From: Leptospira sp.
Lineage (GTDB): Bacteria; Spirochaetota; Leptospiria; Leptospirales; Leptospiraceae
Assembly: GCA_034439575.1 (NCBI GenBank)
Contig: JAWXAQ010000005.1
Location: 1 to 64,000 of the forward strand
Length of the DNA stretch: 64,000 nt
Reading direction: 5' to 3'
The translations under genes and the position numbers were made by a program. How positions within the stretch are numbered: position 1 is the stretch's first letter; each line of letters begins with the position of its first letter. Below the pieces are notes generated by a model. It had not been told where the DNA came from and made no database searches. It saw only the letters and a list, made by a program, of their open reading frames with translations. This document shows, piece after piece, positions 41,316-51,748 of this stretch.

Positions 41316-42654
41316 ATCAGATCTTCTCAAGAAATATGATATCCCTGCACCAAGGTACACTAGTTATCCGACAGTACCTTATTGGAAAAATAATCCAACA
41401 ACTGAGGAATGGTTAAAATCTTTAGAATCAAATTTAGAAAATCCAAAAAGTGAAATATCATTGTATGTTCATATTCCCTTTTGTGAAACTCTATGTACTT
41501 TTTGCGGATGTAATACTTCTATTACAAAAAATCATAACGTGGAAGAAAGGTATGTAGACGCCCTTCTTTCTGAAGTGGATCTTTATCAAAAAAATATACC
41601 TATTCTGAAATCTAAACAATTGCGTGATTTGCATTTAGGTGGTGGTACACCCACTTTTCTTTCGGAAAAAAATTTAGAAAGACTAATCAGTGGGATCTTA
41701 TCAAATTTCAAACAATCACCTAACTCTGAATTTTCTTTAGAAATTGACCCGAGAAGAACAAGACTTTCGCAATTGGAATTGTTGTACAAATATGGTTTTA
41801 GACGAATTAGTCTTGGCATCCAAGACTTTGATCCACACGTTCAGAGATTGATCAATAGAATTCAACCTTTTGAAATCACACAATCTATTACAAATGGAGC
41901 ACGTAATCTAGGTTATACATCTGTAAATTTTGATTTAATCTACGGATTACCAAATCAAACCTCTAAATCAATTCAAAATACCATGATTCAAACACTATCT
42001 CTAATGCCAGATAGGATCGCATTTTATTCCTATGCACATGTCCCTTGGATCAAACCTTCACAAAGATTATTTACAGAAGCTGATCTGCCAGGAGCTGAAC
42101 AAAAACGGGAACTATATGAATTAGGCCGATCTATTTTAGAAGATAATGGATATATCGAAATAGGGATGGATCACTTTGCACTTAAACACGATAAATTAAC
42201 AATTGCTCATAAAAACAAAACTCTTCACAGAAACTTTATGGGATACAGTAGCCATAAAACAGATATTATGTTGGGTATTGGTACTTCTGCTATCTCGGAA
42301 ACTGAAGATTTTTTCTTTCAAAATATTAAATTGGAAGTAAAATATAGACAAAGTTTAGAAAAAAAAGAATTACCAAATTTGAGGGGTCACAAACTAACAG
42401 ACTCAGATAAATTAAGAAAAAAATTAATCATAGAACTTATGACAAATTGGGAAGTAGAAGTTCCCATTACCCTTGTAGAAGATTTAAAAAATTATCTATC
42501 GACTCTTGAAGATGACAAATTACTTATTTGGGATAAAAATAAACTCAAAGTCACAGAACAAGGGAAACCTTTTTTAAGAATCATTGGAACAGCGTTCGAT
42601 GAAAATTTTCGTGAAAGTAAAAAGGAGTCATCCTTATTTTCTAAGGCCATCTAG
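41305..42654 (+). CDS. hemN: Oxygen-independent coproporphyrinogen III oxidase
   Basis: PRYTSYPT, HIPFCETLCTFCGC radical-SAM motif, GGGTP, RNFMGY. Confidence 0.95.
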   Translation: MLTKSDLLKKYDIPAPRYTSYPTVPYWKNNPTTEEWLKSLESNLENPKSEISLYVHIPFCETLCTFCGCNTSITKNHNVEERYVDALLSEVDLYQKNIPILKSKQLRDLHLGGGTPTFLSEKNLERLISGILSNFKQSPNSEFSLEIDPRRTRLSQLELLYKYGFRRISLGIQDFDPHVQRLINRIQPFEITQSITNGARNLGYTSVNFDLIYGLPNQTSKSIQNTMIQTLSLMPDRIAFYSYAHVPWIKPSQRLFTEADLPGAEQKRELYELGRSILEDNGYIEIGMDHFALKHDKLTIAHKNKTLHRNFMGYSSHKTDIMLGIGTSAISETEDFFFQNIKLEVKYRQSLEKKELPNLRGHKLTDSDKLRKKLIIELMTNWEVEVPITLVEDLKNYLSTLEDDKLLIWDKNKLKVTEQGKPFLRIIGTAFDENFRESKKESSLFSKAI

Positions 42655-43899
42655 TTGAAACCACCAATAATCGTGATTGGCGGTGGAATCAGTGGCCTTG
42701 TAACAGCATACCATGCGCAAAAAAAAGGACAGAAAGTTATACTTTTTGAAAAAACAGATCATTTAGGAGGATTCATTTCCACAAAACATACTGCATACGG
42801 TCTTGTAGAAACAGCCGCTAATGGTTTATTGTTAAATGAAAATATTGAATCCCTATTCAAAGAATTAAATTTAAAGTTCATTTTTCCGCAAGCACAAGCA
42901 AAACGAAGGTATTTTTATAAATTAGGGAAAATATTTCAATTCCCTTTCAATTTTTTTTCATTTATTCGTGCTATATTTGGATTTTTTTTTATCGATGCTT
43001 ACCCAAAAGATGAGGAAAATCTATGCAACTATTTTAACCGTATCTTAGGTTCTGATCTCACTTCCTCTGTCATTGAACCGGCAATTGGTGGAATTTATGC
43101 AGCTAAATTAGATCAACTTGATCCTCGCATGGTATTCTCTCAAATTAATTGGAAAAAAAATAGAAGTCTTTTCAAACACATTCTATCTCGAAAAAAAGGA
43201 AACAAAACACTCGGTCTAATTTCATTTCAGCATGGAATGGGAGAACTCGTTTCTGCATTAAAAAATAATTTAGGACCTAATGTAAGTATTCATCTAAATA
43301 CGGATGCTCCTTCCCTCGCTACTCTTCAAACTAAGTATAAAAATCCAATCATTCAAATTTGTCTTTCCTTGAAATCTTGTGAATCTTATATACGGGAAAA
43401 TTTTCCATCAGCATTAGATTTTAATAAAAATATAAATCTTTCGTATCTGACAATTAGTAGTATCACAAATTTCTATCAAAATCGCCTAACCAATAAATCA
43501 GGCTTCGGAATTTTATTTCCACAAGATCAAGGTATATTAGCATATGGAGTGATCTTCAATTCGGATATTTTTAAAGATCGCACAGTCAATGAAACTCACC
43601 ATTCTGAAACTTGGATTTATGCAGGAAATTTTTTGGATGAGCTGAGTGAGACAGAAATATTAGAGTTTCAAATGAAAGATAGAAAATTGATTAATCAAAA
43701 TCAAGAAACACCTATCGGAAGCTATATCACTAATTGGAAAAATTCGTTTCCGATCTATGACAAAAATTTATGGGAATGGAATTTATTTTTAGATCGATTG
43801 GAAAATTCAAGCGAACTTAATGGGTATCAACTAAAATTTAAAGGAAACTATCGTAGGGGGATCGGTCTTCGTAATTTAATCGAGATGGCATCCAGCTAA
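42655..43899 (+). CDS. hemY: Protoporphyrinogen oxidase (HemY/HemG flavoprotein type)
   Basis: IGGGISGL..FEK..LGG FAD motif, GGIYA, GFGIL; last gene of the hem run. Confidence 0.8.
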   Translation: MKPPIIVIGGGISGLVTAYHAQKKGQKVILFEKTDHLGGFISTKHTAYGLVETAANGLLLNENIESLFKELNLKFIFPQAQAKRRYFYKLGKIFQFPFNFFSFIRAIFGFFFIDAYPKDEENLCNYFNRILGSDLTSSVIEPAIGGIYAAKLDQLDPRMVFSQINWKKNRSLFKHILSRKKGNKTLGLISFQHGMGELVSALKNNLGPNVSIHLNTDAPSLATLQTKYKNPIIQICLSLKSCESYIRENFPSALDFNKNINLSYLTISSITNFYQNRLTNKSGFGILFPQDQGILAYGVIFNSDIFKDRTVNETHHSETWIYAGNFLDELSETEILEFQMKDRKLINQNQETPIGSYITNWKNSFPIYDKNLWEWNLFLDRLENSSELNGYQLKFKGNYRRGIGLRNLIEMASS

Positions 43900-44973
43900 T
43901 TTTTCACCGCCATACTTTTTGCACAAACATACGTTATATACTTTTCCTTCATGGCTTTCAAGAATTAATTTCGCTAGAAATTCTATAAAAGGAGGATAAA
44001 TACCTAATGCTGGAATGCGATGATAAGAACCTGCACCTGCCTTTAATGCGATCTCTTTAAGTTCCACACCGATTTCTTCTAGTGTCTCTAGATGATCACC
44101 GACAAAACTTATTGGATAAACAACAATGTTTTTCCTTTTTCCACCTAATTCGCGCAAAACGTCTTTTGTGTTCGGTTCTGTCCATTTAGCTCGACCTACT
44201 CGACTTTGAAATGATAAATGATGGCTCCCATAAAAACCTAAAGATCTCAATTTTGTTAAGATGTTTTCAATCATCTCATTCAATTGAATTACATACATGT
44301 CTCCTTTATCTATCAATCGCATCGGAATACCATGTGCAGAAAAGACTAAGTCTACATTTTGCCAATTCAGAATTGAATTTGGAGAATCAAAATGAGGATA
44401 ATCCATCTCATTTAAGTTATTTGTAAAATAATCATATATAAACTGACTAGTAATGTTAATAAACCTGGAATCTAGTCCAAAGGGTTCAATCCAACCTTCA
44501 TTGGACATTGGGCATACGCCTGTTAAAGATTGGTAGATAGAAGCAGTTGAAAGTACCGTGGATCTAGAAAATTGAGGGTACAATGCTAAGTGAATATTAT
44601 CTTTATTTGGTTTATTACTTTTGTTTACAAAGTCTTTGATATTGGGTGCGCCACATGCCATGAGAATATTTCCAGACCAATTATCACCCGTCATTTGATC
44701 TAAAACTTCTTTAATCCCAATTAGTTGTTTATTTGTTTCATCAAACAAGGGAGATCCGCCGCCATAACCCATAGAAGCATATGTTTTTTTTACTTTTTTA
44801 GTTCTAGTCTTTGCAATGAAAATGGCTAATAATTTTCGTATCGGTTCCCATAATGGTAAATCAAAAACATATGGATCAAGAAACAGATCCAATAGAAATT
44901 TTTCAATTTCATTTTCATTCCTTGGGCCACCTAGATTCAAAAGAGTAAACGTTTTAATTTTTGTTTGGTTCAT
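43876..44973 (-). CDS. hemH: Ferrochelatase
   Basis: LLNLGGP, GGGSPL, LYPQFS, FSAHGIP, FQSRVG..W, DHLETLEE; start ATG 44973. Confidence 0.94.
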   Translation of the reverse strand: MNQTKIKTFTLLNLGGPRNENEIEKFLLDLFLDPYVFDLPLWEPIRKLLAIFIAKTRTKKVKKTYASMGYGGGSPLFDETNKQLIGIKEVLDQMTGDNWSGNILMACGAPNIKDFVNKSNKPNKDNIHLALYPQFSRSTVLSTASIYQSLTGVCPMSNEGWIEPFGLDSRFINITSQFIYDYFTNNLNEMDYPHFDSPNSILNWQNVDLVFSAHGIPMRLIDKGDMYVIQLNEMIENILTKLRSLGFYGSHHLSFQSRVGRAKWTEPNTKDVLRELGGKRKNIVVYPISFVGDHLETLEEIGVELKEIALKAGAGSYHRIPALGIYPPFIEFLAKLILESHEGKVYNVCLCKKYGGEKLAGCHLD

Positions 44974-46855
44974 AAGATACAAAGTCACACTGCGGATATC
45001 TAGAACAAAAATAAATAGTTTTTCCGTTTTTAGAAAATTTACTTCTTACTTCCCCGCTCCCACATATTGGACAAATTGATTTCTGAATACTTTCCTTTTT
45101 TTCTGTAACAAATGTTTGGGCTTTAGCATCCTTGCTTTTTATTGATTCTGCTTTAGTAGGCTCAGTGGAATATTTACCTTTTTTTAATTTTAAAACTGTT
45201 TTATAAAAAGAATCTATGAGTTGAATTTTATCGCCAATTCCGTTGGCTAGATCATCCAATGAACTTTCCATATTCTTTGTGAATGTTTCACCAATTAACT
45301 CTGAAAAGTTATTAATTAAAAATCCATTCACATTTTCACCTAATCTAGATACACCTAACCTAGATTTAACTTCCAATATATACTTACGTTTTTTTAAAGT
45401 TTCTAAAGTTTGAGAATATGTAGATGGTCGTCCAATCCCAGTTTTTTCCATCTTAGCGATAATTTGACCTGGAGTATATCTTTCCTTAGGTGATGTTACT
45501 TTATTCTCAACTAAGAATTTTTGGCAAGGGAATACATCTCCGATTTTGATTTTAACTTGTTTCTTTTCTAATAACTTATCAGAGTTATAAAAATCTTTAT
45601 AACCATTTGAAACTACTTCCCTTTGGATACGTTTCCACTTTTCTCCCTTAGATTCAAAGATAAAACTATGATCAATACCTTTTTCAGGAGCCAGTAAACT
45701 CGTCATTAGTCTTTGCCATATTAAATTATAAATTGCAGATTCATCTTTTGTTAAAAATTGTTTGATTCTCTCCGGAATTAATCTAGGATCAGTCGGGACA
45801 ATGGCTTCATGAGCATCTTGTGCATGTAACTTTGATTTGTTAGCCGTCTGATTTATTATCTCAAGTTTCGGAAAGTTTTCCCTAAGATACTGCGTAGCTA
45901 ATTTCTTTTTTGCATCTGAAACCCGAGTAGAATCAGTTCGCATATAGGTAATCAAACCAAATATCTCACCATTCACTTTTTTTCCCTCATATAAGGCTTG
46001 GGCAATTCGCATCGTTTGCGTGGGATTTAAATTTAAAACTTTAGCGGCTGTTTCTTGCAAACTTGCAGTCGTAAATGCTCGAGGTGCATTGTTAGTGAAT
46101 TTTTTTGTTCCCATTTCAATCGATTGAAATGGAACTTCCTTTTTAAGAGAACCATCTGGATTCACTTTAAAAAGTTCTAATAGTTGATTAGATTTCTCTT
46201 TATTTAATCTGCCTTCTTCCTCTTCTAAAAGATAATTAAGTTCCCACTCACCATCTTTTGTATTTATGATAGCTTTTAAAGAAACGTATTCTTCGGGATT
46301 AAAATTTCTAATTTCAATTTCGCGTTCACATAACCATTTCAATACGGCGGATTGAACTCGACCAGCAGACAAACCTGATATTTTTAAAACTTTCCATAAA
46401 ACAGGTGAAATTTCAAATCCAAATATACGATCGATCAGTCTTCGACAAACTTGAGAATTAACTAAGGAAATATCGATATTTCCAGGCTGTTTTAGGGATT
46501 CTAATAATTCTTTTTTTGAAATTTCTTTCAGACGAAGTCGAAATTTTTTGGCTTTAACAGATCCCAGTTCTTCTGAGATATGCTCTGCGATCATCTCTCC
46601 TTCCCGATCTGGGTCAGAGGCGATATAAATGACATCAGCATTTTTTGCTTTAGTTTTTATAGAAACAAATAATGTTTTTTTACCTTTTAACCATTGATAA
46701 ACGGGAGTAAAATTGTTTTTAAAATCAATACCATATTCTTTTGGGGGAAGGTCCTTGAGATGACCTTTGGTGGCAAAGACTTCCCAATCTTTATCTAAAT
46801 AAGATTGAAGAGCCTTTGCCTTTGTGGGAGATTCGACAATTAGAAGTTTGGTGAT
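44954..46855 (-). CDS. topA: DNA topoisomerase I, full length only from a non-canonical ATC start
   Basis: In-frame upstream extension ITKLLIVESPTKAK..GHLKDLP..ASDPDREGE; SAGRVQS, catalytic ITYMRTDS, GIGRPST, C-terminal Zn ribbon. Confidence 0.9.
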   Translation of the reverse strand: MTKLLIVESPTKAKALQSYLDKDWEVFATKGHLKDLPPKEYGIDFKNNFTPVYQWLKGKKTLFVSIKTKAKNADVIYIASDPDREGEMIAEHISEELGSVKAKKFRLRLKEISKKELLESLKQPGNIDISLVNSQVCRRLIDRIFGFEISPVLWKVLKISGLSAGRVQSAVLKWLCEREIEIRNFNPEEYVSLKAIINTKDGEWELNYLLEEEEGRLNKEKSNQLLELFKVNPDGSLKKEVPFQSIEMGTKKFTNNAPRAFTTASLQETAAKVLNLNPTQTMRIAQALYEGKKVNGEIFGLITYMRTDSTRVSDAKKKLATQYLRENFPKLEIINQTANKSKLHAQDAHEAIVPTDPRLIPERIKQFLTKDESAIYNLIWQRLMTSLLAPEKGIDHSFIFESKGEKWKRIQREVVSNGYKDFYNSDKLLEKKQVKIKIGDVFPCQKFLVENKVTSPKERYTPGQIIAKMEKTGIGRPSTYSQTLETLKKRKYILEVKSRLGVSRLGENVNGFLINNFSELIGETFTKNMESSLDDLANGIGDKIQLIDSFYKTVLKLKKGKYSTEPTKAESIKSKDAKAQTFVTEKKESIQKSICPICGSGEVRSKFSKNGKTIYFCSRYPQCDFVSYEPNKN

Positions 46856-46868
46856 ACCTTACTCCGAA

Positions 46869-47783
46869 TTAAACAAACAATCCATCTACAGACAAATATC
46901 TTTCTCCCGTATCATAGCAGAAAGTAAGGACCTTCGATCCCGCAGGAATTTCTTTTAGTTTTTTTGCAACAGCTGCTAAACTTGCTCCAGAAGAGGCGCC
47001 GATAAAAATTCCTTCTTTTTTTGCTATCGTAACGGCCATGTTAAACGATTCGTCTTTTCCAACAGTAATGATCCCATCCAATAATTCTGTTTTACAATTT
47101 TTTGGGATAAAGCCTGCCCCAATTCCTTGCAATGGATGCGGGCCTGGTTTTCCACCGCTTAACACTGGTGAGCCTTCTGGTTCTACAGCAAATACTTGTA
47201 ATTTTGGAAATTTCTTTTTTAGAATTTCTGCACAACCAGAAATGTGTCCACCTGTACCTACACCAGTAATCAAGTAGTCCAATCCATCTGGGAAATCTTT
47301 CGCAATTTCTTCAGCAGTAGTCTTTCTATGAACATCAATGTTCGCATCGTTTTCGAATTGTTGTGGCATCCAAGCATTTGGATTTGAAGCAACCATTTCA
47401 GTCGCTTTTGCTATCGCACCAGGCATTCCCTTTTCGCGAGGAGTGAGTTCAAAATTGGCACCATAAGCGGCCATGATACGTCTGCGTTCTATCGACATAT
47501 GTTCCGGCATAACGAGTGTAATAGGGTATCCTTTAACACTTGCAACCATGGCAAGACCAATGCCCGTGTTTCCCGATGTCGGTTCGATGATAATAGAATT
47601 TTTTGTCAATTTGCCTGACTTTTCTGCATCTTCAATCATAGCGAGTGCGATACGATCTTTGATGGATCCACCTGGATTTTGTCTTTCTAACTTCAACCAT
47701 ACTTCATGACCTTCGCCAAAAAGTCGGGACAAACGAATGTGTGGGGTATTGCCTATAGCATCCAATATGCTGTTAAATTTCAT
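46869..47783 (-). CDS. cysK: Cysteine synthase A
   Basis: [34 protein letters not shown] 47783 after GGAG. Confidence 0.95.
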   Translation of the reverse strand: MKFNSILDAIGNTPHIRLSRLFGEGHEVWLKLERQNPGGSIKDRIALAMIEDAEKSGKLTKNSIIIEPTSGNTGIGLAMVASVKGYPITLVMPEHMSIERRRIMAAYGANFELTPREKGMPGAIAKATEMVASNPNAWMPQQFENDANIDVHRKTTAEEIAKDFPDGLDYLITGVGTGGHISGCAEILKKKFPKLQVFAVEPEGSPVLSGGKPGPHPLQGIGAGFIPKNCKTELLDGIITVGKDESFNMAVTIAKKEGIFIGASSGASLAAVAKKLKEIPAGSKVLTFCYDTGERYLSVDGLFV

Positions 47784-48058
47784 AATAACTCCGATAGAGA
47801 TAATACTAGAAGGAAATGAGTTTTTGTCCACGAAGAAAATTTGGAAGATTCCCTAGTTCTTCAAAAAAAGAATGAATGAAAATTACTATATGATATATAG
47901 GAAGTTTCAGAAAATCAATTCAACGTTAGTCGACAAATATTGTAACTAAAAAAATCAATTCCAGGAAGTGATAACACGAAATCCTTGAACCAAATTTAAG
48001 TTATGTGCAAATTTGAAACTACGGTAAGTGAAAAATTAAATTTTTATAATGCTAAATA

Positions 48059-48607
48059 CTAATTTTCTTTTAATTTCTCAGCGACTTCTTTGAGTTTTTC
48101 TGAAAGGTCTCCGAGAGTTGTGGATTCTTTTTCTTGCAATGAGAGAGAAAATTTTTCCAAATCTTTTTGGATCTGTTCCTTTTTTTCACTGGCTCTCGAT
48201 GCCATTTTGCGAAGCAAATCTTCACGATAATTGCTAAAATCTGCTTCTTTCAATTCACCGAGATCCACCATGGATGTCACAATTTTTTCCAATCGTTCCG
48301 AAGTCAGATAATTAGCGCCAATGCCACCAAGGACTAAACGCTCAAACAAACCGGAAATATCACGACCCGTTTCGCGAATTAGAGAGGTAAGCATAAAATT
48401 TGAAAAGTCTTCGTTTCTTTGTCCGAGACTGACTTTTAAAAAGGTTTGGCCAAGAATTTTAGGGGTGATGTCTTCCCCAGTCATATTATCTAGCACTTTC
48501 ACTTCTTCACCGCCAATGATCATCTTAGCCACATCTTCAAGAGTGATGGTGGAACTGGTTTCCGGATCATATAGCCGTCTATTGGCGTATCGTTTTAGAA
48601 GCTTCAT
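48059..48607 (-). CDS. PhaR/PhbF-like DNA-binding domain protein
   Basis: [23 protein letters not shown]-terminal motif. Confidence 0.8.
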   Translation of the reverse strand: MKLLKRYANRRLYDPETSSTITLEDVAKMIIGGEEVKVLDNMTGEDITPKILGQTFLKVSLGQRNEDFSNFMLTSLIRETGRDISGLFERLVLGGIGANYLTSERLEKIVTSMVDLGELKEADFSNYREDLLRKMASRASEKKEQIQKDLEKFSLSLQEKESTTLGDLSEKLKEVAEKLKEN

Positions 48608-48666
48608 TTGGGGGACGTAATTAAAATGTCTTTTCGTAAGCAGGGGTCAACTAAAATACAATCTGA

Positions 48667-49554
48667 ATGGTTCCCCTCTTTGGTGCAATACTCACTTCTT
48701 CTGAAAATGAAGCAAGTATGGAACTTCTTCTCTCCTTTCTCCGCTACCAAGGACTTAAGGCCGATAGTGTCAATGCCAAGAATTGGAAAGACAAAGACGA
48801 GGGAATCCGCGTATTTTCAAAACCAACACCAATGCTCGCCGCCGAATTATTGGAATGGAGTATTGAACCATTGTTATATGGCAATTTTACTGATGCGGAA
48901 TTAGAGGCATATTTTGATATAGGTGTAGTCCAAAACTGGAAAGAACCCATCACATCCCTCTTTCATATGCCAATTTTTATGTTAAAACCTGGTTCTGTTT
49001 TTTGGTCAATTTGTACGGGACATCCAAAATTTGATCGTATTTTATCATTTATACTTAGAAGTTTTGGACAAAACGTATCTGTCGAAGGAGAATTCAGTCA
49101 CCTAATTTCGAGAATACGAACAAACCCTGTGAATATAGTTATTTTTGATTGGGATCAAAAATATGATGGTATTAAAAATCAAATTTCCAAATTAAAAACC
49201 TTAAAGGAACAAAAAGAATTTTTGGTCATAGGTTTAAAAGATTTTGGCCGAGACAATCTGTACCGTGACTTAGCTTATGGGATCACAGAAATTTCACCCT
49301 CTTTATTTTCTTATGGAGAAATAATCGAAGTTATCGTAAGATCATTTCCGATTTTTCCTATTCGGACTCAGAATAAAAATGAATCAGAGGATTTCAAAAA
49401 AATACTTTTTGAGTTTCAAGAAAAATCAAAACCGGTTCGTTATTCTGTGGTTGAAGACCGTATCCGAATTGGACAACAAGAGGAAATGGAAACTCAAATT
49501 CATTCATTGACTCAAATTTATAGATGGTTGTTTAAAAGATCATTCCATAAGTAA
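48667..49554 (+). CDS. Hypothetical protein, possibly with a degenerate receiver-like domain
   Basis: 295-aa ORF; VNIVIFDWD segment. Confidence 0.55.
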   Translation: MVPLFGAILTSSENEASMELLLSFLRYQGLKADSVNAKNWKDKDEGIRVFSKPTPMLAAELLEWSIEPLLYGNFTDAELEAYFDIGVVQNWKEPITSLFHMPIFMLKPGSVFWSICTGHPKFDRILSFILRSFGQNVSVEGEFSHLISRIRTNPVNIVIFDWDQKYDGIKNQISKLKTLKEQKEFLVIGLKDFGRDNLYRDLAYGITEISPSLFSYGEIIEVIVRSFPIFPIRTQNKNESEDFKKILFEFQEKSKPVRYSVVEDRIRIGQQEEMETQIHSLTQIYRWLFKRSFHK

Positions 49555-50316
49555 AAGATCATCGCTTGAGAGTTGGGTGGCTCCTCGATTGGGAAAAGCT
49601 TGTTCAAAAAACAATGCCGCCAATAAATCAAAATCTTCATCCTCAACAAAATTTTCTTTTTCCCACAATTCATTACGACGTTTGATAAGTAAGGATACAG
49701 TCGCATCCTCTAATGAAAAATCTATTTTAGCGCGATTCAATTCTCTAATAAAATAATTTAAATTATAAATTACGTAATCTCTAAACAATCGCAAACTTGC
49801 GAGAGTGGGTTCATACTTTAACAAGGCTTCCGTGAGATAACACGCCGTTTTGATTTCTTCTGTATTTTTATTTTCCTTAAAATTCCAAAATATCAAACTA
49901 ATAGTTTCTAACATTGATTTGGAACTATGATAACAACTGAGGATAAATTCTTTTTCGGTCTCGTTTTCGAAACTATACTTCCAAATATCAACAATGCGTT
50001 TTTCTGCTATTGCATTTTTGAGTTCGAGATCATAACTTTCGTTTGTTGGGATCGGATCAGATAATTTGATAAACAAATACTTTGTTTCGTAGGCAAACCG
50101 TGATTCTTTGGGGATATAATACTCTATCCAAATCGGTTCTTTATAATAATGAATCGCTTCACTGGGACTTAGGTCTGGAGTCACCTTTAAAGATTTTAAT
50201 TTGCGAACATCATCTGTTAAAACCTTTTTACCTTCAATGCGAGTGCGGCTACGTTTGATTTGCCTTAACTCAGATTTGTTGAGTAGAGGTTTCGGTTTAA
50301 AAGGTTGGCTCTCCAT
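49540..50316 (-). CDS. Hypothetical protein
   Basis: 258-aa ORF in an operon-like run; no motif recognised. Confidence 0.6.
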   Translation of the reverse strand: MESQPFKPKPLLNKSELRQIKRSRTRIEGKKVLTDDVRKLKSLKVTPDLSPSEAIHYYKEPIWIEYYIPKESRFAYETKYLFIKLSDPIPTNESYDLELKNAIAEKRIVDIWKYSFENETEKEFILSCYHSSKSMLETISLIFWNFKENKNTEEIKTACYLTEALLKYEPTLASLRLFRDYVIYNLNYFIRELNRAKIDFSLEDATVSLLIKRRNELWEKENFVEDEDFDLLAALFFEQAFPNRGATQLSSDDLLLME

Positions 50317-50334
50317 ACATATATAATCGTCAGT

Positions 50335-50838
50335 TCACAAAACTTGCGTAAGAAAAGATCGTATCCAAAAGCTAAACGGATTGATGATACCCGTATCAAA
50401 AAACAAAACTTCACCTTTTCCATTTAAAAAAATAGTAGTGGGAAAGGCAGAGACCCCAAAGTCCCTTAAAATTTCATAATTCCCGTGTAAAACTGGATAC
50501 TTGATATTGTGGGTCGTTACATATTCTGATAACTCTTTACTTTCTTCATCTTCAACAACAGAAAGGAAAACCGTATCCTCACCTATCAATTTCAAATTTT
50601 GTTCTAAAATAAAGGAATAAGCCTTACATACACTGCACCAAGTGGCCCAAAAATAGACGATCTTTGGTTTGTTTTCCCACTGTCCTTGTTCGACAGGAGT
50701 GCTTGCGAGGGAATCTATGGGAATCCTAGGATGGGTGCTTTTTCCCCGAAAAAGAGCAAAGCCCAATGTCGCAGAAAAAAACATAAAAAAGGCCAAAGCC
50801 ATTTTTGCAGGATACGGCCAATTTTTCCAAAAGATCAT
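50335..50838 (-). CDS. Membrane-anchored TlpA/ResA-like thioredoxin
   Basis: FWATWCSVC, AFPTT cis-Pro; N-terminal TM; start ATG 50838. Confidence 0.85.
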   Translation of the reverse strand: MIFWKNWPYPAKMALAFFMFFSATLGFALFRGKSTHPRIPIDSLASTPVEQGQWENKPKIVYFWATWCSVCKAYSFILEQNLKLIGEDTVFLSVVEDEESKELSEYVTTHNIKYPVLHGNYEILRDFGVSAFPTTIFLNGKGEVLFFDTGIINPFSFWIRSFLTQVL

Positions 50839-50848
50839 TTTATGCCTC

Positions 50849-51748
50849 TTAATGTAAGACAGGTGTAGAGGTGGAAAAGTTACCAAACATCAAAAAGAGT
50901 ATCAAAAGAAACCAAAGAAAGCCAGATACCAAGACGGCTCGGTCTGTTAAAATGGCCTTCGTCGGGTCGTGACCCATGTTCTTTATATATATAATATAGA
51001 GGCTACGAAATATCGCATACACAACGATGGGAACTGTATAAACCATATGTTCCGTTCCAAGACTCTTGGCTGTGATCGGACTGACCGTATACATTACATA
51101 ACTAACCAATGTTAATGTAGCGACAACCCCCATCATCAAATCCAAAAATTCGACGGAGTATTCTTGTAAAATTTTCCGGTGTTTGCCTGCATCCGATTTG
51201 AGAATAGTGATTTCGCCTCTTCGTTTAGAAAATCCCCAAAATAAGGCTAACATAAATGTGCAGAGAAGTAACCAGTCAGAAAATTGAACATCTATGACCA
51301 TGGCGCCAGCTATCGCTCGCAAAACAAATCCTATGGAGATACTCATTACATCCAAAATAACTATATGTTTTAGAATTTTACTATAAACAATGTTAAATGC
51401 TAAATAAAACAAGGTCAAAAAGAAAAATGGTTTTGAAAGAAGGTAAGCTCCAATCAAGGCAAAAGGCAGTATAACACCTGTTATCGCAAGCGCTAAGCCT
51501 GAATCAAGAGCACCACTGGCAAGAGGTCTATGTTTTTTTTCTGGGTGTTTTGAGTCTTCTTCTCTGTCTAAAAAATCATTGAAGACATATTGAGAACTAG
51601 CAACTAAGGAAAATAAAAAAAATCCCAAACTGACTTTGGTGAGCGAAGGTACATCAAAAATTTTTTTGGAAAAAATCAAACCCGCAAATAGGATCACATT
51701 TTTGATCCATTGCGGGAGCCTCATTAATTTGATGTAAAGTAATATCAC
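50849..51748 (-). CDS. UbiA-family polyprenyl-phosphate phosphoribosyltransferase
   Basis: QWIKN, NDFLDREED..HPEKKHRPLASG, GFVLRA, KRRGE. Confidence 0.85.
   Translation of the reverse strand: MILLYIKLMRLPQWIKNVILFAGLIFSKKIFDVPSLTKVSLGFFLFSLVASSQYVFNDFLDREEDSKHPEKKHRPLASGALDSGLALAITGVILPFALIGAYLLSKPFFFLTLFYLAFNIVYSKILKHIVILDVMSISIGFVLRAIAGAMVIDVQFSDWLLLCTFMLALFWGFSKRRGEITILKSDAGKHRKILQEYSVEFLDLMMGVVATLTLVSYVMYTVSPITAKSLGTEHMVYTVPIVVYAIFRSLYIIYIKNMGHDPTKAILTDRAVLVSGFLWFLLILFLMFGNFSTSTPVLH

Noticed and set aside
44954-46594. topA as an N-terminally truncated pseudogene
   Set aside because: The missing Toprim region is present, in frame and undamaged up to 46855
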